DNA from: a virus
Virus record (IMG/VR): IMGVR_UViG_3300024327_000003
Location: 10,682-74,681 of that record
DNA length: 64,000 nt
Strand: one strand, 5' to 3'
Position numbers and translations under genes: made by a program. Positions 1 to 9,370 of the stretch are shown piece after piece (the stretch's first letter is position 1; the number at the start of each line of letters is the position of its first letter). Under the pieces are notes generated by a model, which ran no database searches, was not told where the DNA came from, and saw only the letters and a program-made list of their open reading frames with translations.

Positions 1-189
1 GATACACAGAGCGTAACAGACGCATTAGTACTGGCAATCAATATTGCAATTACTGAAACTGTTATTGCATCAGATGCTATAACTGAATACGTTAATGGAA
101 CGCTTAATGGCTCAGCACTTAATACAAGACGATTAGCAGATGGAGATACGCCTGTATCAGGTACTAATATATTAATTACAATTACATAA
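1..189 (+). CDS. 3' end of a probable tail/structural protein (partial)
   Basis: Open frame from position 1 (DTQSVTDALVLAINIAITETV...ILITIT) ending at TAA 187-189; Thr/Asp/Ala-rich; upstream of tail genes. Confidence 0.55.
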   Translation, partial: DTQSVTDALVLAINIAITETVIASDAITEYVNGTLNGSALNTRRLADGDTPVSGTNILITIT

Positions 190-213
190 TTTAAATAGGA
201 TACGGAGTTTATT

Positions 214-660
214 ATGAAGACGCGTAAATTTGACGAACTTAAAGTTACGGGACATTTAAAAATTTTCCTTAATGGAAAAAAAGTAAGAGATATAGACAAT
301 CTAGTAGTCACAGAAGGCAAAGAATGGATTGCATCCAGAATGCAAGGCGTTACCGATGCTGTTATGGGTTGGATGACTATCGGTACAGGTACTACTGCAG
401 CTGTTGTTGGAGATAGTACTTGTGAAACCCAAGTATTTCATCAAGCTCTTACTGTTTCTGGCGGCTCAGTAGCAGGAGCGGTTATTACATTTGCAACTAC
501 GTATGCAGCTGGTGATGGTACCGGCGCAATAACTGAAGCGTGTATTACAAATAACACGACTGTAGATACTGGCGATATGCTAGCTCGAACGGTATTTGGT
601 GTTGTTAATAAAGCTGCTGGTGATACCATGACAATTAGCTGGTCAGTAACTATTTCCTAG
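214..660 (+). CDS. tail/baseplate-type structural protein
   Basis: NLVVTEG...IGTGTTAA...GAITEA...VNKAAGDTMTISWSVTIS pattern typical of phage tail-fibre-associated proteins; GGAG RBS. Confidence 0.65.
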   Translation: MKTRKFDELKVTGHLKIFLNGKKVRDIDNLVVTEGKEWIASRMQGVTDAVMGWMTIGTGTTAAVVGDSTCETQVFHQALTVSGGSVAGAVITFATTYAAGDGTGAITEACITNNTTVDTGDMLARTVFGVVNKAAGDTMTISWSVTIS

Positions 661-671
661 GGAGAATTATT

Positions 672-1835
672 GTGTTAGTAAAATTTTCAAATAATGTTGC
701 CACAGCCCTAACTAATAGTATTACAGATTCAGCTACGTCATTTGATTTAGATGACGTATCTGCTTTGCCTACGATTATATCGGGAGAGCATTTTTATCTT
801 TCTATACTTAGCGGGGGCAATGGAGAAATTGTTAAAGTAACTGGTGTAGCTGGTAATACGATTACTTGTGTACGAGGGGTAGATGGTACGTCTGGGACTG
901 CTGGCTTAGCTGCTGATGTAGTTGAGTTACGCATTACAACTGCAATGCTTACGGATGCATTCGATGCCATTAGTGATTTAGCTCCTGCGTTACATTTTCT
1001 TTTTGAAACAACTACTACGGATGCAGACCAGGGTGCCGGATTAGTATCTGGAAATAATGCTACTTTTGCTTCTTCAACAATTTTATATATTACAGATGAA
1101 GACGATAACGGTGTCGATGTTTCTGGACAAACTTCTACTTGGGGAGATTTTGCTGGAGTTGGAACAGCAGTTAGAGGAACTATTGTTATTAGATCAAAAG
1201 AAAATCCAACAACTCGATATGTTGCATTTCATATCAATGGCGCTTTAACAGACGGAACTGGTTACTGGAAATTCCCGGTAGCAAATGTTTATACTGCAGG
1301 CGTTTTGGTTGACGCTGAGCCGGTTACTATTGAATTTATTCAAGCTCCGGCTCAATCTGCATCAGCTACTTTAGCTGGAATTGTTGAATTACTTACCAGT
1401 GCTGAAGCTATTACTGGAACAGATACCACAAGAGCTATGACTGCTGCAGCATTTCGAGCAGCGCTAGTGGACGGTAATGATACTATTTTAGGTAAGTTTA
1501 ATCTTAAAGACTTTGGAATGATTACAGTTGCTAAAGGCAATCTGGGAGCAACTCCTGCTTTTGATTTATCAGCTGGCAATTGTCAAACTGGTACTGTAGA
1601 TGAAGCTATTACATCATCAACTTTTACTAATCCGACTGGCTCAGATGAGCTCTGCTCATTTATTCTTTTCTTAACTAATGGAGGCGCATTTTCTGTGGCA
1701 TGGCCTACAAGTGTTGATTGGGCCGGAGCAAGCGCACCGAGTTTGGTGGCTTCCGGAGTAGATATTTTAGCTTTTCATACTTATGATGGTGGAACTATTT
1801 GGCATGGAATATTGTTATCTGGAGATTCTAGCTAA
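672..1835 (+). CDS. tail fibre protein
   Basis: N-terminal EIVKVT...RGVDGT...VELRITT anchor, ATLAGIVELLT..EA..GTD fibre repeat, C-terminal WPTSVDWAG...DILAF.TYDGG.W domain. Confidence 0.7.
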   Translation: MLVKFSNNVATALTNSITDSATSFDLDDVSALPTIISGEHFYLSILSGGNGEIVKVTGVAGNTITCVRGVDGTSGTAGLAADVVELRITTAMLTDAFDAISDLAPALHFLFETTTTDADQGAGLVSGNNATFASSTILYITDEDDNGVDVSGQTSTWGDFAGVGTAVRGTIVIRSKENPTTRYVAFHINGALTDGTGYWKFPVANVYTAGVLVDAEPVTIEFIQAPAQSASATLAGIVELLTSAEAITGTDTTRAMTAAAFRAALVDGNDTILGKFNLKDFGMITVAKGNLGATPAFDLSAGNCQTGTVDEAITSSTFTNPTGSDELCSFILFLTNGGAFSVAWPTSVDWAGASAPSLVASGVDILAFHTYDGGTIWHGILLSGDSS

Positions 1836-2962
1836 TGTTTATATTTGGTGGTCCTAATTTTCTAATACCACAACCTACTTCAGGCAAATTGTTTGGATGG
1901 GGTAAGAATGCTTTTGGGTGTGTAGGGGATGGTACAACAACAAACCGTTATTCGCCTGTGCAAATCGGCTCCAACACAAATTGGAGTGGAGCTAAAGGCG
2001 GCTATGCCTTTACGTGTGCGATCAACACAGCGGGAAAAGCCTATGCGTGGGGTGAAGGTGCGGATGGTAGATTAGGAACAGGATCAACCACTGACACTTG
2101 TTCACCAAATCAAATTGGTGCGTTGACCGATTGGGTTCCGAAAGGCCCGTTTGCTATTGGTGGCACAAGGTATGGGATGCACTTTATCAAAGCCAATGGA
2201 ACATTGTGGGCGTGGGGAAAAAATAGTTATGGGCAGATAGGTGATGGAACAACAACTGCAAGAAGTTCACCAGTACAGATAGGAGCCTTGACCACTTGGA
2301 GATATGTTTCTGCGGGAGCCAGTGAACACGTTATTGCAATTACCACTAGCGGGACTATGTTTTCGTGGGGAAGCGGCAGTAGTGGAAGAACAGGACATAG
2401 CAATACCACATCTTATTGCTCACCTGTCCAGATAGGAGCCTTAACCACTTGGGCTAGGGTTAGATGTGGTGGTTCTTCTGGCAACTGGGCTGTAAGAACT
2501 GATGGGAAAATGTTTACTTGGGGCACAGGAACAGGGGGACAGTTAGGACTTGGCAACACTACTGCTTACTCATCTCCAAAACAAGTGGGGGCCTTAACTA
2601 CTTGGGCTTCGTCAATAAGCGGTACGCATCATGGCGGTTGTATAAAAAGTGACAACACCCTTTGGTCATGGGGAAGTGGTGGTAGTGGTCGAACGGGTCA
2701 TAACAACACCACGGATTATTCATCTCCGGTACAAGTAACAGCTCCGGCTGTGACATGGCTTTATGCAGATGCAGGACAGTACTCTACTATGGGACAAGAT
2801 GTAGATGGCTATCTTTATATGTGGGGTGATGGCGCACAAGGACAGCAGGGCGATGGTATCGGTTCTTCTGTGTCTTGTCCCAAACAGTTAGGAACAGAGA
2901 AGTGGCTTTCTATGCAATATATTTCAATGGCAAATAAACATAAACATCAAATACGAACATGA
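1835..2962 (+). CDS. RCC1-repeat beta-propeller protein (possible receptor-binding/tail accessory)
   Basis: About seven repeats of L[WF]xWG.n..G.lG.g.T....SPVQIG..T.W. Confidence 0.85.
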   Translation: MFIFGGPNFLIPQPTSGKLFGWGKNAFGCVGDGTTTNRYSPVQIGSNTNWSGAKGGYAFTCAINTAGKAYAWGEGADGRLGTGSTTDTCSPNQIGALTDWVPKGPFAIGGTRYGMHFIKANGTLWAWGKNSYGQIGDGTTTARSSPVQIGALTTWRYVSAGASEHVIAITTSGTMFSWGSGSSGRTGHSNTTSYCSPVQIGALTTWARVRCGGSSGNWAVRTDGKMFTWGTGTGGQLGLGNTTAYSSPKQVGALTTWASSISGTHHGGCIKSDNTLWSWGSGGSGRTGHNNTTDYSSPVQVTAPAVTWLYADAGQYSTMGQDVDGYLYMWGDGAQGQQGDGIGSSVSCPKQLGTEKWLSMQYISMANKHKHQIRT

Positions 2963-4731
2963 TATATTTTCTCTCATCACTACCAAGATCAGGAAGCACT
3001 TTGCTGGCATCATTGCTAGGGCAGAGAGAGGATACGCACGTTTCAAAAACGTCTAACCTGTCTGAAACTCTAGGGGCTGTTTACAACACTATTCAGAATA
3101 GTGGGGCGACAAAAGCAGAAGGCGGCACAGATGAAGATACCTTCCGTGCGCTTGAGGGGATTGTTAAAGCCAAGTATGCCACCACAGAAAAAGAATTTAT
3201 CTTCGACAAAGATAGGATGTGGCCTAACCCTAACATTATGCCAATAATGAGAGAAGTGCAGGGCGGGGGCGCACCTAAAATTGTCGCAACCGTAAGACCT
3301 ATTGTTGAGTGTATCGCATCTTTTTATTTGATTGACAAGTCGGAGCTTTCCCCTAAAGAGTGGGTTAGAACTTCTCATCTATTTAAACATTTAATGGAGT
3401 CATATAAAACTCTACAGGAAGGCTATCAGCTTGCCCCTAAAAACTTTTGTATTGTAGAATATGACAATCTTGTAAATGACCCACAGAAAGAATTAGATCG
3501 TATTGCAGATTTCATTGGGATGCCTCATATTGACTACAAGCCTGAGATTGAGCAAGTAGAAGAAAATGATGAGGTGTGGGGGATAGAGAATCTACACACT
3601 CTGTCACCAGAGATTCATAAAAATCATATAAATGCAAGGGCTGTTCTAGGGCAAGAGCTTTACGATCATTATTCTGGTGGTGAGTTTTGGAATGACAAGC
3701 CAGAGCCAGTTAAACCTCCGCAGGTTCTTGACTTGACCCTAGAGGCTGGCCTTCATGGGCATTTTGAAAAAGCTGAAAGCATGTTACGGCAAGAGATCAA
3801 GGTAAACCCCGGCAACGAAAGAGCGCAATTCAATCTTGGGCTATACGACATGATGAATGGCAACCAAGTCAGAGGCTATAGGCAGTTTGAGTATGGCAGG
3901 ACTATGAATGTCTATGGCAACAACAACACAGCCAAGACTGCTATGCCTAGATGGGACGGTAAGCAACCGGGAACAATCTTGATGGATATGGAAGGCGGTT
4001 ATGGCGATCAGTTTTTCTATATTCGCTTTGCTAAAGACATTGTTGACCGAGGGAATAAATTAATTGTTTCTGGATGTGAGTGGCTTTCTAATATTATGCG
4101 AAGCGTGGAAGGCGTTGACACCTTTTGTATGCACCAAGGGTCAGAGTTTGTTTATCATAACTACTGGCTCCCCTCAATGTCTGCCCCTTTAGTGATGGAC
4201 TTGGAGTATTCTGATATGAGGGGGGAGGCTTATATCCCTAGGGTTTGCCCAAGTGAAGGGAAGATCGGGGTCAAGTGGGCTGGCAACCCAAAGTTTGAAC
4301 ACGAACAACATAGGCTGTTCCCTAAAGAAATGATGTGGGATGTTGTAGAGGGGTTCGATGTTATATCATTCCAACGTAATGATGAGACAGGCGAAACAGA
4401 AGGCCCAGAGTGGATGGAGAAAGCCGACCTCTTTTCATGGGATATAACAATGAAAGAGCTGAGTAAGTGCGACCTGTTGCTTACTTCTTGTACTGGGCTA
4501 GCGCATCTTGCTGGGGCTATGGGGATTGAGACTTGGATTGTCACTCCATTGCTCCCCTATCATACTTGGGCAGTACCGGGGAATAAAAGTCCGCATTATA
4601 ACAGCGTTACTTTATTTCGACAGGAACAGTATGGAAATTGGGATAAGCCATTTTGGAATTTGAAGAAAGCCTTTAGACAGAGAATGTGGAAAACAAAAGA
4701 TATTGAAGATGAACTTTTATTGCATATATAG
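2959..4731 (+). CDS. sulfotransferase / TPR / GT-B (GT9-like) glycosyltransferase fusion
   Basis: SLPRSGSTLL (5'-PSB loop), RPIVECIASF (3'-PB-like), TPR-like helix pair, then EGGYGDQF, IGVKWAGNP, DLLLTSCTGLAHLAGAMG. Confidence 0.75.
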   Translation: MIYFLSSLPRSGSTLLASLLGQREDTHVSKTSNLSETLGAVYNTIQNSGATKAEGGTDEDTFRALEGIVKAKYATTEKEFIFDKDRMWPNPNIMPIMREVQGGGAPKIVATVRPIVECIASFYLIDKSELSPKEWVRTSHLFKHLMESYKTLQEGYQLAPKNFCIVEYDNLVNDPQKELDRIADFIGMPHIDYKPEIEQVEENDEVWGIENLHTLSPEIHKNHINARAVLGQELYDHYSGGEFWNDKPEPVKPPQVLDLTLEAGLHGHFEKAESMLRQEIKVNPGNERAQFNLGLYDMMNGNQVRGYRQFEYGRTMNVYGNNNTAKTAMPRWDGKQPGTILMDMEGGYGDQFFYIRFAKDIVDRGNKLIVSGCEWLSNIMRSVEGVDTFCMHQGSEFVYHNYWLPSMSAPLVMDLEYSDMRGEAYIPRVCPSEGKIGVKWAGNPKFEHEQHRLFPKEMMWDVVEGFDVISFQRNDETGETEGPEWMEKADLFSWDITMKELSKCDLLLTSCTGLAHLAGAMGIETWIVTPLLPYHTWAVPGNKSPHYNSVTLFRQEQYGNWDKPFWNLKKAFRQRMWKTKDIEDELLLHI

Positions 4732-4740
4732 GAGTAGGTT

Positions 4741-5223
4741 ATGGCACAGGGAAATCATGTTTTAGTTGAAGGCGGGGTTGTTGTTTGGGGACCTGGAGAA
4801 CTTCCTCGAAGTTGGAAGAATCATTCAGGCTTGAATATGAAAAGTGTTGCTGATCTTAAAACACTCGGTTGGTTACCATGGTCAGAAGTGCTTATCCCCT
4901 ATGACAATAAAACGCATTACCGGGATGACTACACTCACGATATTCAAGCAGATCAGGTTATTTACACTGATATTATCAGGGCATTTACAGCTGAGCAGTT
5001 AACGCAAAATAACTGGAATGACTGGTCAACTGAAATGAGTGAAAGTGATCGATTACTAAATCCCACTTCAGAGGGGGTACAACTTCCTCGGCAAATTGAA
5101 GATGTCGTGAATATGCTGATTAATAAGTTTCCAAATATTTTGGACGAAGCAGGAAACGAAAAGATGAAAGAACGTTATGATGCAAAAAGGGCGTTAAGAG
5201 GCATTAAGCCTCCGCAACCATAA
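4741..5223 (+). CDS. hypothetical protein, tail-fibre-assembly-like
   Basis: ORF with GGAG RBS; LPRSWKNHSGL..LKTLGWLP motif and C-terminal ALR.I.PP resemble fibre chaperone families. Confidence 0.45.
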   Translation: MAQGNHVLVEGGVVVWGPGELPRSWKNHSGLNMKSVADLKTLGWLPWSEVLIPYDNKTHYRDDYTHDIQADQVIYTDIIRAFTAEQLTQNNWNDWSTEMSESDRLLNPTSEGVQLPRQIEDVVNMLINKFPNILDEAGNEKMKERYDAKRALRGIKPPQP

Positions 5224-5247
5224 TTAATTATTGATACGGAGTTTCTG

Positions 5248-5484
5248 ATGCCAGATAGACTTTCGCCAATAGAAATTGACGAGTTAGCTGAAGCTATAGT
5301 GAAGAAGAGCTCAGAAACTGAATTCTATGTGGATCCGAAACTTCATTATAATCAGCATGAACGTTTAGAGCGGTTACTGGATGCATATGATGCAGCTAGT
5401 AATGTAATATTCAAATTTTTTATAGGGGCATGTTTAGTAGGACTGGTAGGATTCGCTGCTATGGGCCTGGGGTGGCACAAGTAG
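5248..5484 (+). CDS. small membrane protein, holin/antiholin candidate
   Basis: 78 aa with one C-terminal hydrophobic helix; first gene of lysis-like cluster. Confidence 0.5.
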   Translation: MPDRLSPIEIDELAEAIVKKSSETEFYVDPKLHYNQHERLERLLDAYDAASNVIFKFFIGACLVGLVGFAAMGLGWHK

Positions 5485-5509
5485 GAACATTTATCCCAGG
5501 AGGCATACA

Positions 5510-5851
5510 GTGGATGATTTAGACAGCATACGAACTTTGGTAACGTTAGCTGGCGTATTCGCATCAATAGCAGGTGCTTGGTGGCTTATGCGTTACCAAA
5601 TTAATGAAATAAGAAAATCTATTCAAGAATTACGAGTAGATAAAATTTCAATGTGGAAAAAAGTAGATATTGGCCATGAAAAAGTTTCATTACTGGTACA
5701 GCAACAAGGAGTTATATCAGGAATGTTAAGACCTGATGCAGTAGCAGAGCAAGTAAGTAAAATGACTACTATGGAAGTTGAATTAAAATATTTACGTAGA
5801 GACGTTGACGAAGTAAGAGTATTTACAATACTAAAAAAGGAACCTAAATAA
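5510..5851 (+). CDS. membrane-anchored coiled-coil protein (holin/i-spanin candidate)
   Basis: N-terminal TM helix (LVTLAGVFASIAGAWWLM) followed by coiled coil; GGAGG RBS, GTG start. Confidence 0.45.
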   Translation: MDDLDSIRTLVTLAGVFASIAGAWWLMRYQINEIRKSIQELRVDKISMWKKVDIGHEKVSLLVQQQGVISGMLRPDAVAEQVSKMTTMEVELKYLRRDVDEVRVFTILKKEPK

Positions 5852-6024
5852 TGGCACAAGATACCAGTACCAGTACTAATATTAATATTAAAACCAGTAC
5901 TCTTGTTACTGGTCTTGCTATATTAATTATTGGTATTCTAGGTTGGTCATTAAAAGGCAATTACGATAGTATTCAGCGACAATTAACTAAACAATGGGAA
6001 AAGATTGACGCCATTGAAAAGTAA
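5851..6024 (+). CDS. 57-aa single-TM protein (not in ORF track)
   Basis: ATG overlaps the previous stop (TAATG); MAQDTSTSTNINIKTSTLVTGLAILIIGILGWSLKG...IEK*. Confidence 0.55.
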   Translation: MAQDTSTSTNINIKTSTLVTGLAILIIGILGWSLKGNYDSIQRQLTKQWEKIDAIEK

Positions 6025-6064
6025 TTTGTGCTGATCATCCTGTCCAATGTAAAGAACTTAACTA

Positions 6065-6505
6065 ATGCATATACGTGTTGATCGACATTCCTCAAACGAA
6101 GAAGCTACTCTATCTAAAATTTACTTAGATGGTGATTTCTTCTGTTATGGTCTTGAAGATCAGTATCAAGAAGTAAAAGTTCCTGGAGAAACTCGTATAC
6201 CTGCAGGAACATATAATATTATTTTACGTACCGATGGAGGTATGACTAAAAGATATGCCGAACGATATGCTTTTCATCAAGGAATGCTTCATGTTCGATA
6301 TGTACCTGGATTTACTTATGTATATATTCATACTGGAAATACTGATGATCACACAGACGGGTGTCTTCTTGTAGGAGAATTTCAAGACGAAGAGAAATTT
6401 ACTATTAGCTCAAGTAGATTTGCGTATACACGGTTATACCGGGCTGTAATAGACGCCGCAGCTGCCGATGAATTAACTATAACCTACGAGGATAATGATG
6501 AGTAG
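6065..6505 (+). CDS. DUF5675-family protein, probable endolysin (L,D-transpeptidase-like)
   Basis: GLED...IPAGTY...IYIHTGNT..HTDGCLLVG; located in lysis cluster. Confidence 0.7.
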   Translation: MHIRVDRHSSNEEATLSKIYLDGDFFCYGLEDQYQEVKVPGETRIPAGTYNIILRTDGGMTKRYAERYAFHQGMLHVRYVPGFTYVYIHTGNTDDHTDGCLLVGEFQDEEKFTISSSRFAYTRLYRAVIDAAAADELTITYEDNDE

Positions 6506-7004
6506 AACTAATATATTAAGTCCTAATCAAATGCCAGTTATGCGTCCACTGCCTATGGCAGATGGAGCGCCTCATCGCGAATGGGAACTTATGCGTAATT
6601 GGACTTTATGTTGTACCCCGTTAAATATTATATTTTTTATTCCAAGTGGTTTTATTTTTAATGGCGCTAGCGTACCTCGAGTATTCAGTAATATATTCCC
6701 AGCTACTGGTTATTTATTTATTGCTGCATTAATTCATGATTATTTATATGGTAATGCTTGCTATATACAGATAAAAAACGGTCTCAAGAAAAAACAAAAA
6801 GTAGATAAAAAAATCTCTGATAATTATTTTGCAGATATAGCCCAGTGGCTTTATAAAGACCATTGGTTTAAGACAAAGCTTGCTAAAGGGGCTTTAGTAG
6901 TAGGTGGCCAAGGCGCCTGGGATGCTTGTCGAAAGATCGACGGCACTTATGTAAAGCCTAAGAAATATATATATTTTGGAGATAACGAGGAAGACAATCA
7001 ATGA
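6495..7004 (+). CDS. DUF1353-family protein
   Basis: IPSGFIFNGASVPR...AALIHDYLY signature. Confidence 0.75.
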   Translation: MMSRTNILSPNQMPVMRPLPMADGAPHREWELMRNWTLCCTPLNIIFFIPSGFIFNGASVPRVFSNIFPATGYLFIAALIHDYLYGNACYIQIKNGLKKKQKVDKKISDNYFADIAQWLYKDHWFKTKLAKGALVVGGQGAWDACRKIDGTYVKPKKYIYFGDNEEDNQ

Positions 7005-7180
7005 TACGGTACGTATTAATTTTTTTAATAGCTCTCGTACTATCTGGGTGCGCAACTTTTACAGCTGTTGTGTCTGGAGGAATGGCAGCAAAAGAAGCGT
7101 GGGATTACTTTACAGAAGACGATCAAACAATAATTAAAGTTGAAAAACTTGAAATAATAATGCCAAAAGAAAAGGAATAA
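7001..7180 (+). CDS. 59-aa lipoprotein, o-spanin candidate (not in ORF track)
   Basis: MIRYVLIFLIALVLSG-C lipobox; ATGA overlap with the previous gene; GAGG RBS. Confidence 0.6.
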   Translation: MIRYVLIFLIALVLSGCATFTAVVSGGMAAKEAWDYFTEDDQTIIKVEKLEIIMPKEKE

Positions 7181-7183
7181 GTT

Positions 7184-7588
7184 ATGAAGAAATTAATTGC
7201 CGCCGTATTGTCGATATTTTTATTTTGCATGGTTACGAGCGCACATGCAGAAAGAGTTTGGGATGTAGGTAAAAAATGGAATAGTACATCTATTGCTCCA
7301 GACACTGATTGGTTTTCAGCAGATATTACACCTAATCAGCGAAACCTGGAAAGCGTTAAACATACTTTTCAATTCATGTGTCCTACAACGACTGTTGTTA
7401 ATATGCAGCTAGTATTTAATTCAATTACTAAAGTTCTTGCATTTAATTCTGGAGTTGCTCTAGATGCTAATAACGGATATGTATTTACGGTTCTGTTGCA
7501 GAAAAACATGTCATACAATATTCAACATAAAACTGGTACACAAAATTGTTCTGTAATTATTACTGAATCTGGGAATGCAGATCTATAA
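7184..7588 (+). CDS. secreted beta-rich hypothetical protein
   Basis: Signal peptide MKKLIAAVLSIFLFCMVTSAHA; AAGGA RBS. Confidence 0.6.
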   Translation: MKKLIAAVLSIFLFCMVTSAHAERVWDVGKKWNSTSIAPDTDWFSADITPNQRNLESVKHTFQFMCPTTTVVNMQLVFNSITKVLAFNSGVALDANNGYVFTVLLQKNMSYNIQHKTGTQNCSVIITESGNADL

Positions 7589-7598
7589 AGGAAATATC

Positions 7599-8126
7599 AT
7601 GAAAAAACTTATCTTATCTATTCTATTACCATTAGTTCTGATATTTGGAACCGGTGCCGGTATGCAGGGTGAAAGGCCTGGAGCTGTAGGCTCATTTAAC
7701 GTAGCAACTGGCGAAGCTAACTCTAGGAACGCATTTACCCAGTTTCAAGTAAACGGGACGTCCTGGGGCCTTCAAACTGGAGCATTTGTTACTGTTACGA
7801 CGTCGACTATATATAACGATTATTGTGGCTCTATCTATTACATTGTTGGAGATAATGAAGGTGGATTACTTAATCCGACAATTACTATCTCTGATGCTGC
7901 TGATGTTCCTGGATGTAAGTTTACTTTTATTAGTGGAACAGATGAAAACGTAACTATTGCTACTACATCAGCTGCTAAATTTAGAGGCGGAGTAGGTGTC
8001 GGTCGTTTAGCAGATACAAGTATGAACGTTTCTGATATTGGAATTGGATTTACTATTATCTATACCAATGATGGTTTCTGGCAATTAATTGCTGGAGATG
8101 AGGATGCCATAACGTGGACAGATTAA
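7599..8126 (+). CDS. signal-peptide-bearing protein with fibre-like beta domain
   Basis: Likely start ATG 7599 (AAGGAA RBS), MKKLILSILLPLVLIFG; C-terminal TITISDAA..G.KFTFI...FTIIY...WQLI resembles phage fibre modules. Confidence 0.5.
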   Translation: MKKLILSILLPLVLIFGTGAGMQGERPGAVGSFNVATGEANSRNAFTQFQVNGTSWGLQTGAFVTVTTSTIYNDYCGSIYYIVGDNEGGLLNPTITISDAADVPGCKFTFISGTDENVTIATTSAAKFRGGVGVGRLADTSMNVSDIGIGFTIIYTNDGFWQLIAGDEDAITWTD

Positions 8127-8473
8127 AGATCTGTTTATTATTACTTTTACTCATTCCTGCAGCAGTTATGTACGGAAAAAGAGATAAAGTATTTAATTGC
8201 AGAGGAATGATCTCTAATTTACAAAAGAATATATGGCCTGTTGTTTTAACAGATCAATTACATGAAAGATATTGTCGAGGCACAGGTAAAGTAATTCCTC
8301 ATCGTTCGATGATCTTGGCTTCTCTTGTAACTAAATACAATACGCCTTTACAATTAAAAGGCATGTCTCGTAAAGAAAAACTTATTGCTATAAATACTAG
8401 ATTAGCTAATTCTAATGTTTATTATTTATATAAGAATGCTGCGATCGTAACTCTTAATGAATTACAGCATTAA
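8114..8473 (+). CDS. hypothetical protein with N-terminal hydrophobic segment
   Basis: ORF track; ICLLLLLLIPAAV leader; GAGGA RBS before GTG. Confidence 0.5.
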   Translation: MDRLKICLLLLLLIPAAVMYGKRDKVFNCRGMISNLQKNIWPVVLTDQLHERYCRGTGKVIPHRSMILASLVTKYNTPLQLKGMSRKEKLIAINTRLANSNVYYLYKNAAIVTLNELQH

Positions 8474-8480
8474 GTTTTGG

Positions 8481-8927
8481 TTATGGTTTAACTTTATGAA
8501 GTTCTGTATCCCCTTTAAGATATGGCGGCACCGGGTCTGGATATTTCTCAAAAAGTTTATTTACAATTTGCTGCATGTCTGCCTTATCAGTTTCTACCAT
8601 TGAAACTGGTGGACGGTCGTCATTACATAAACCCCGCATTTGGGCATCGCGCAGTACTATCAAAGAAGCAATAGCCTTGGTTATGTGGTGGAGGCCACTG
8701 TCAGGGTCGATATCTTGACCTTCCCAGTAATCTAATATATGCCCTATAGTAGCGTCGATATAAATACCGGCTCGAACACCGGCAACTCTATAATTATGCC
8801 GGCCGTACTTCATCGAACCTTCCATCATGCCTACACTTACTTCACGAAGTACGTTACCAGGTACATTTGTATAAAGCCTGGGTTTCTTAACAGCTATTCC
8901 ATCTTTGGGGTTTGTTTCTTTTTTCAT
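8481..8927 (-). CDS. dATP/dGTP diphosphohydrolase-like protein (DUF5664)
   Basis: NPKD...K...GSMKYGRHNYR...Y.DA..GH...YWEGQDIDPDSGLHHITKA signature; GGAGG RBS. Confidence 0.75.
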   Translation of the reverse strand: MKKETNPKDGIAVKKPRLYTNVPGNVLREVSVGMMEGSMKYGRHNYRVAGVRAGIYIDATIGHILDYWEGQDIDPDSGLHHITKAIASLIVLRDAQMRGLCNDDRPPVSMVETDKADMQQIVNKLFEKYPDPVPPYLKGDTELHKVKP

Positions 8928-8955
8928 GTAACCTCCTAGGATTATTATGATACGT

Positions 8956-8990
8956 TTGTATTAGCTAAATTAATTTGTTATATATAAATC
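8956..8990 (+). promoter_or_regulatory. possible sigma70-type late promoter for the ACP-KAS-portal operon
   Basis: TTGTAT-17 nt-TATATA in the AT-rich divergent intergenic region. Confidence 0.35.
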
Positions 8991-9016
8991 AATATTTTAT
9001 TTCATAAGGTATATAA

Positions 9017-9370
9017 ATGAGTGAAACATTTAAAGAAGAAGATTTTAGTACTTCGTCGTTTGATTTTACAGATGAGCAATTCTTATGCATCATCAACCAT
9101 TTATTCAAATTGGATGCCCCTATGGGTGAAGATTTTGTTCCGATTGAGACAATGGATGAAGAAATTACTATCGAAAAATTAGATAGCTTGAGTGCTGTAG
9201 TTTTCTTTATCTGGATCTCTGAACTATTTGGGATCCCTGAAGACATGGTTAATGACTACATGGTGTCCGGAAAAAATACCGGCCGAGATTTAAAAGATTT
9301 TGTGATGAAGAACGCTACTCATACATATACTTATAAAGAAGCCGTAGAGTACAGCAAACGATGCTTTTAA
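9017..9370 (+). CDS. acyl carrier protein-like
   Basis: Acidic 117 aa; KLDSLSAVVFFIWISELFGI matches the ACP DSL phosphopantetheine site (Ser57) and helix II; later T..DL..FV helix. Confidence 0.75.
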   Translation: MSETFKEEDFSTSSFDFTDEQFLCIINHLFKLDAPMGEDFVPIETMDEEITIEKLDSLSAVVFFIWISELFGIPEDMVNDYMVSGKNTGRDLKDFVMKNATHTYTYKEAVEYSKRCF

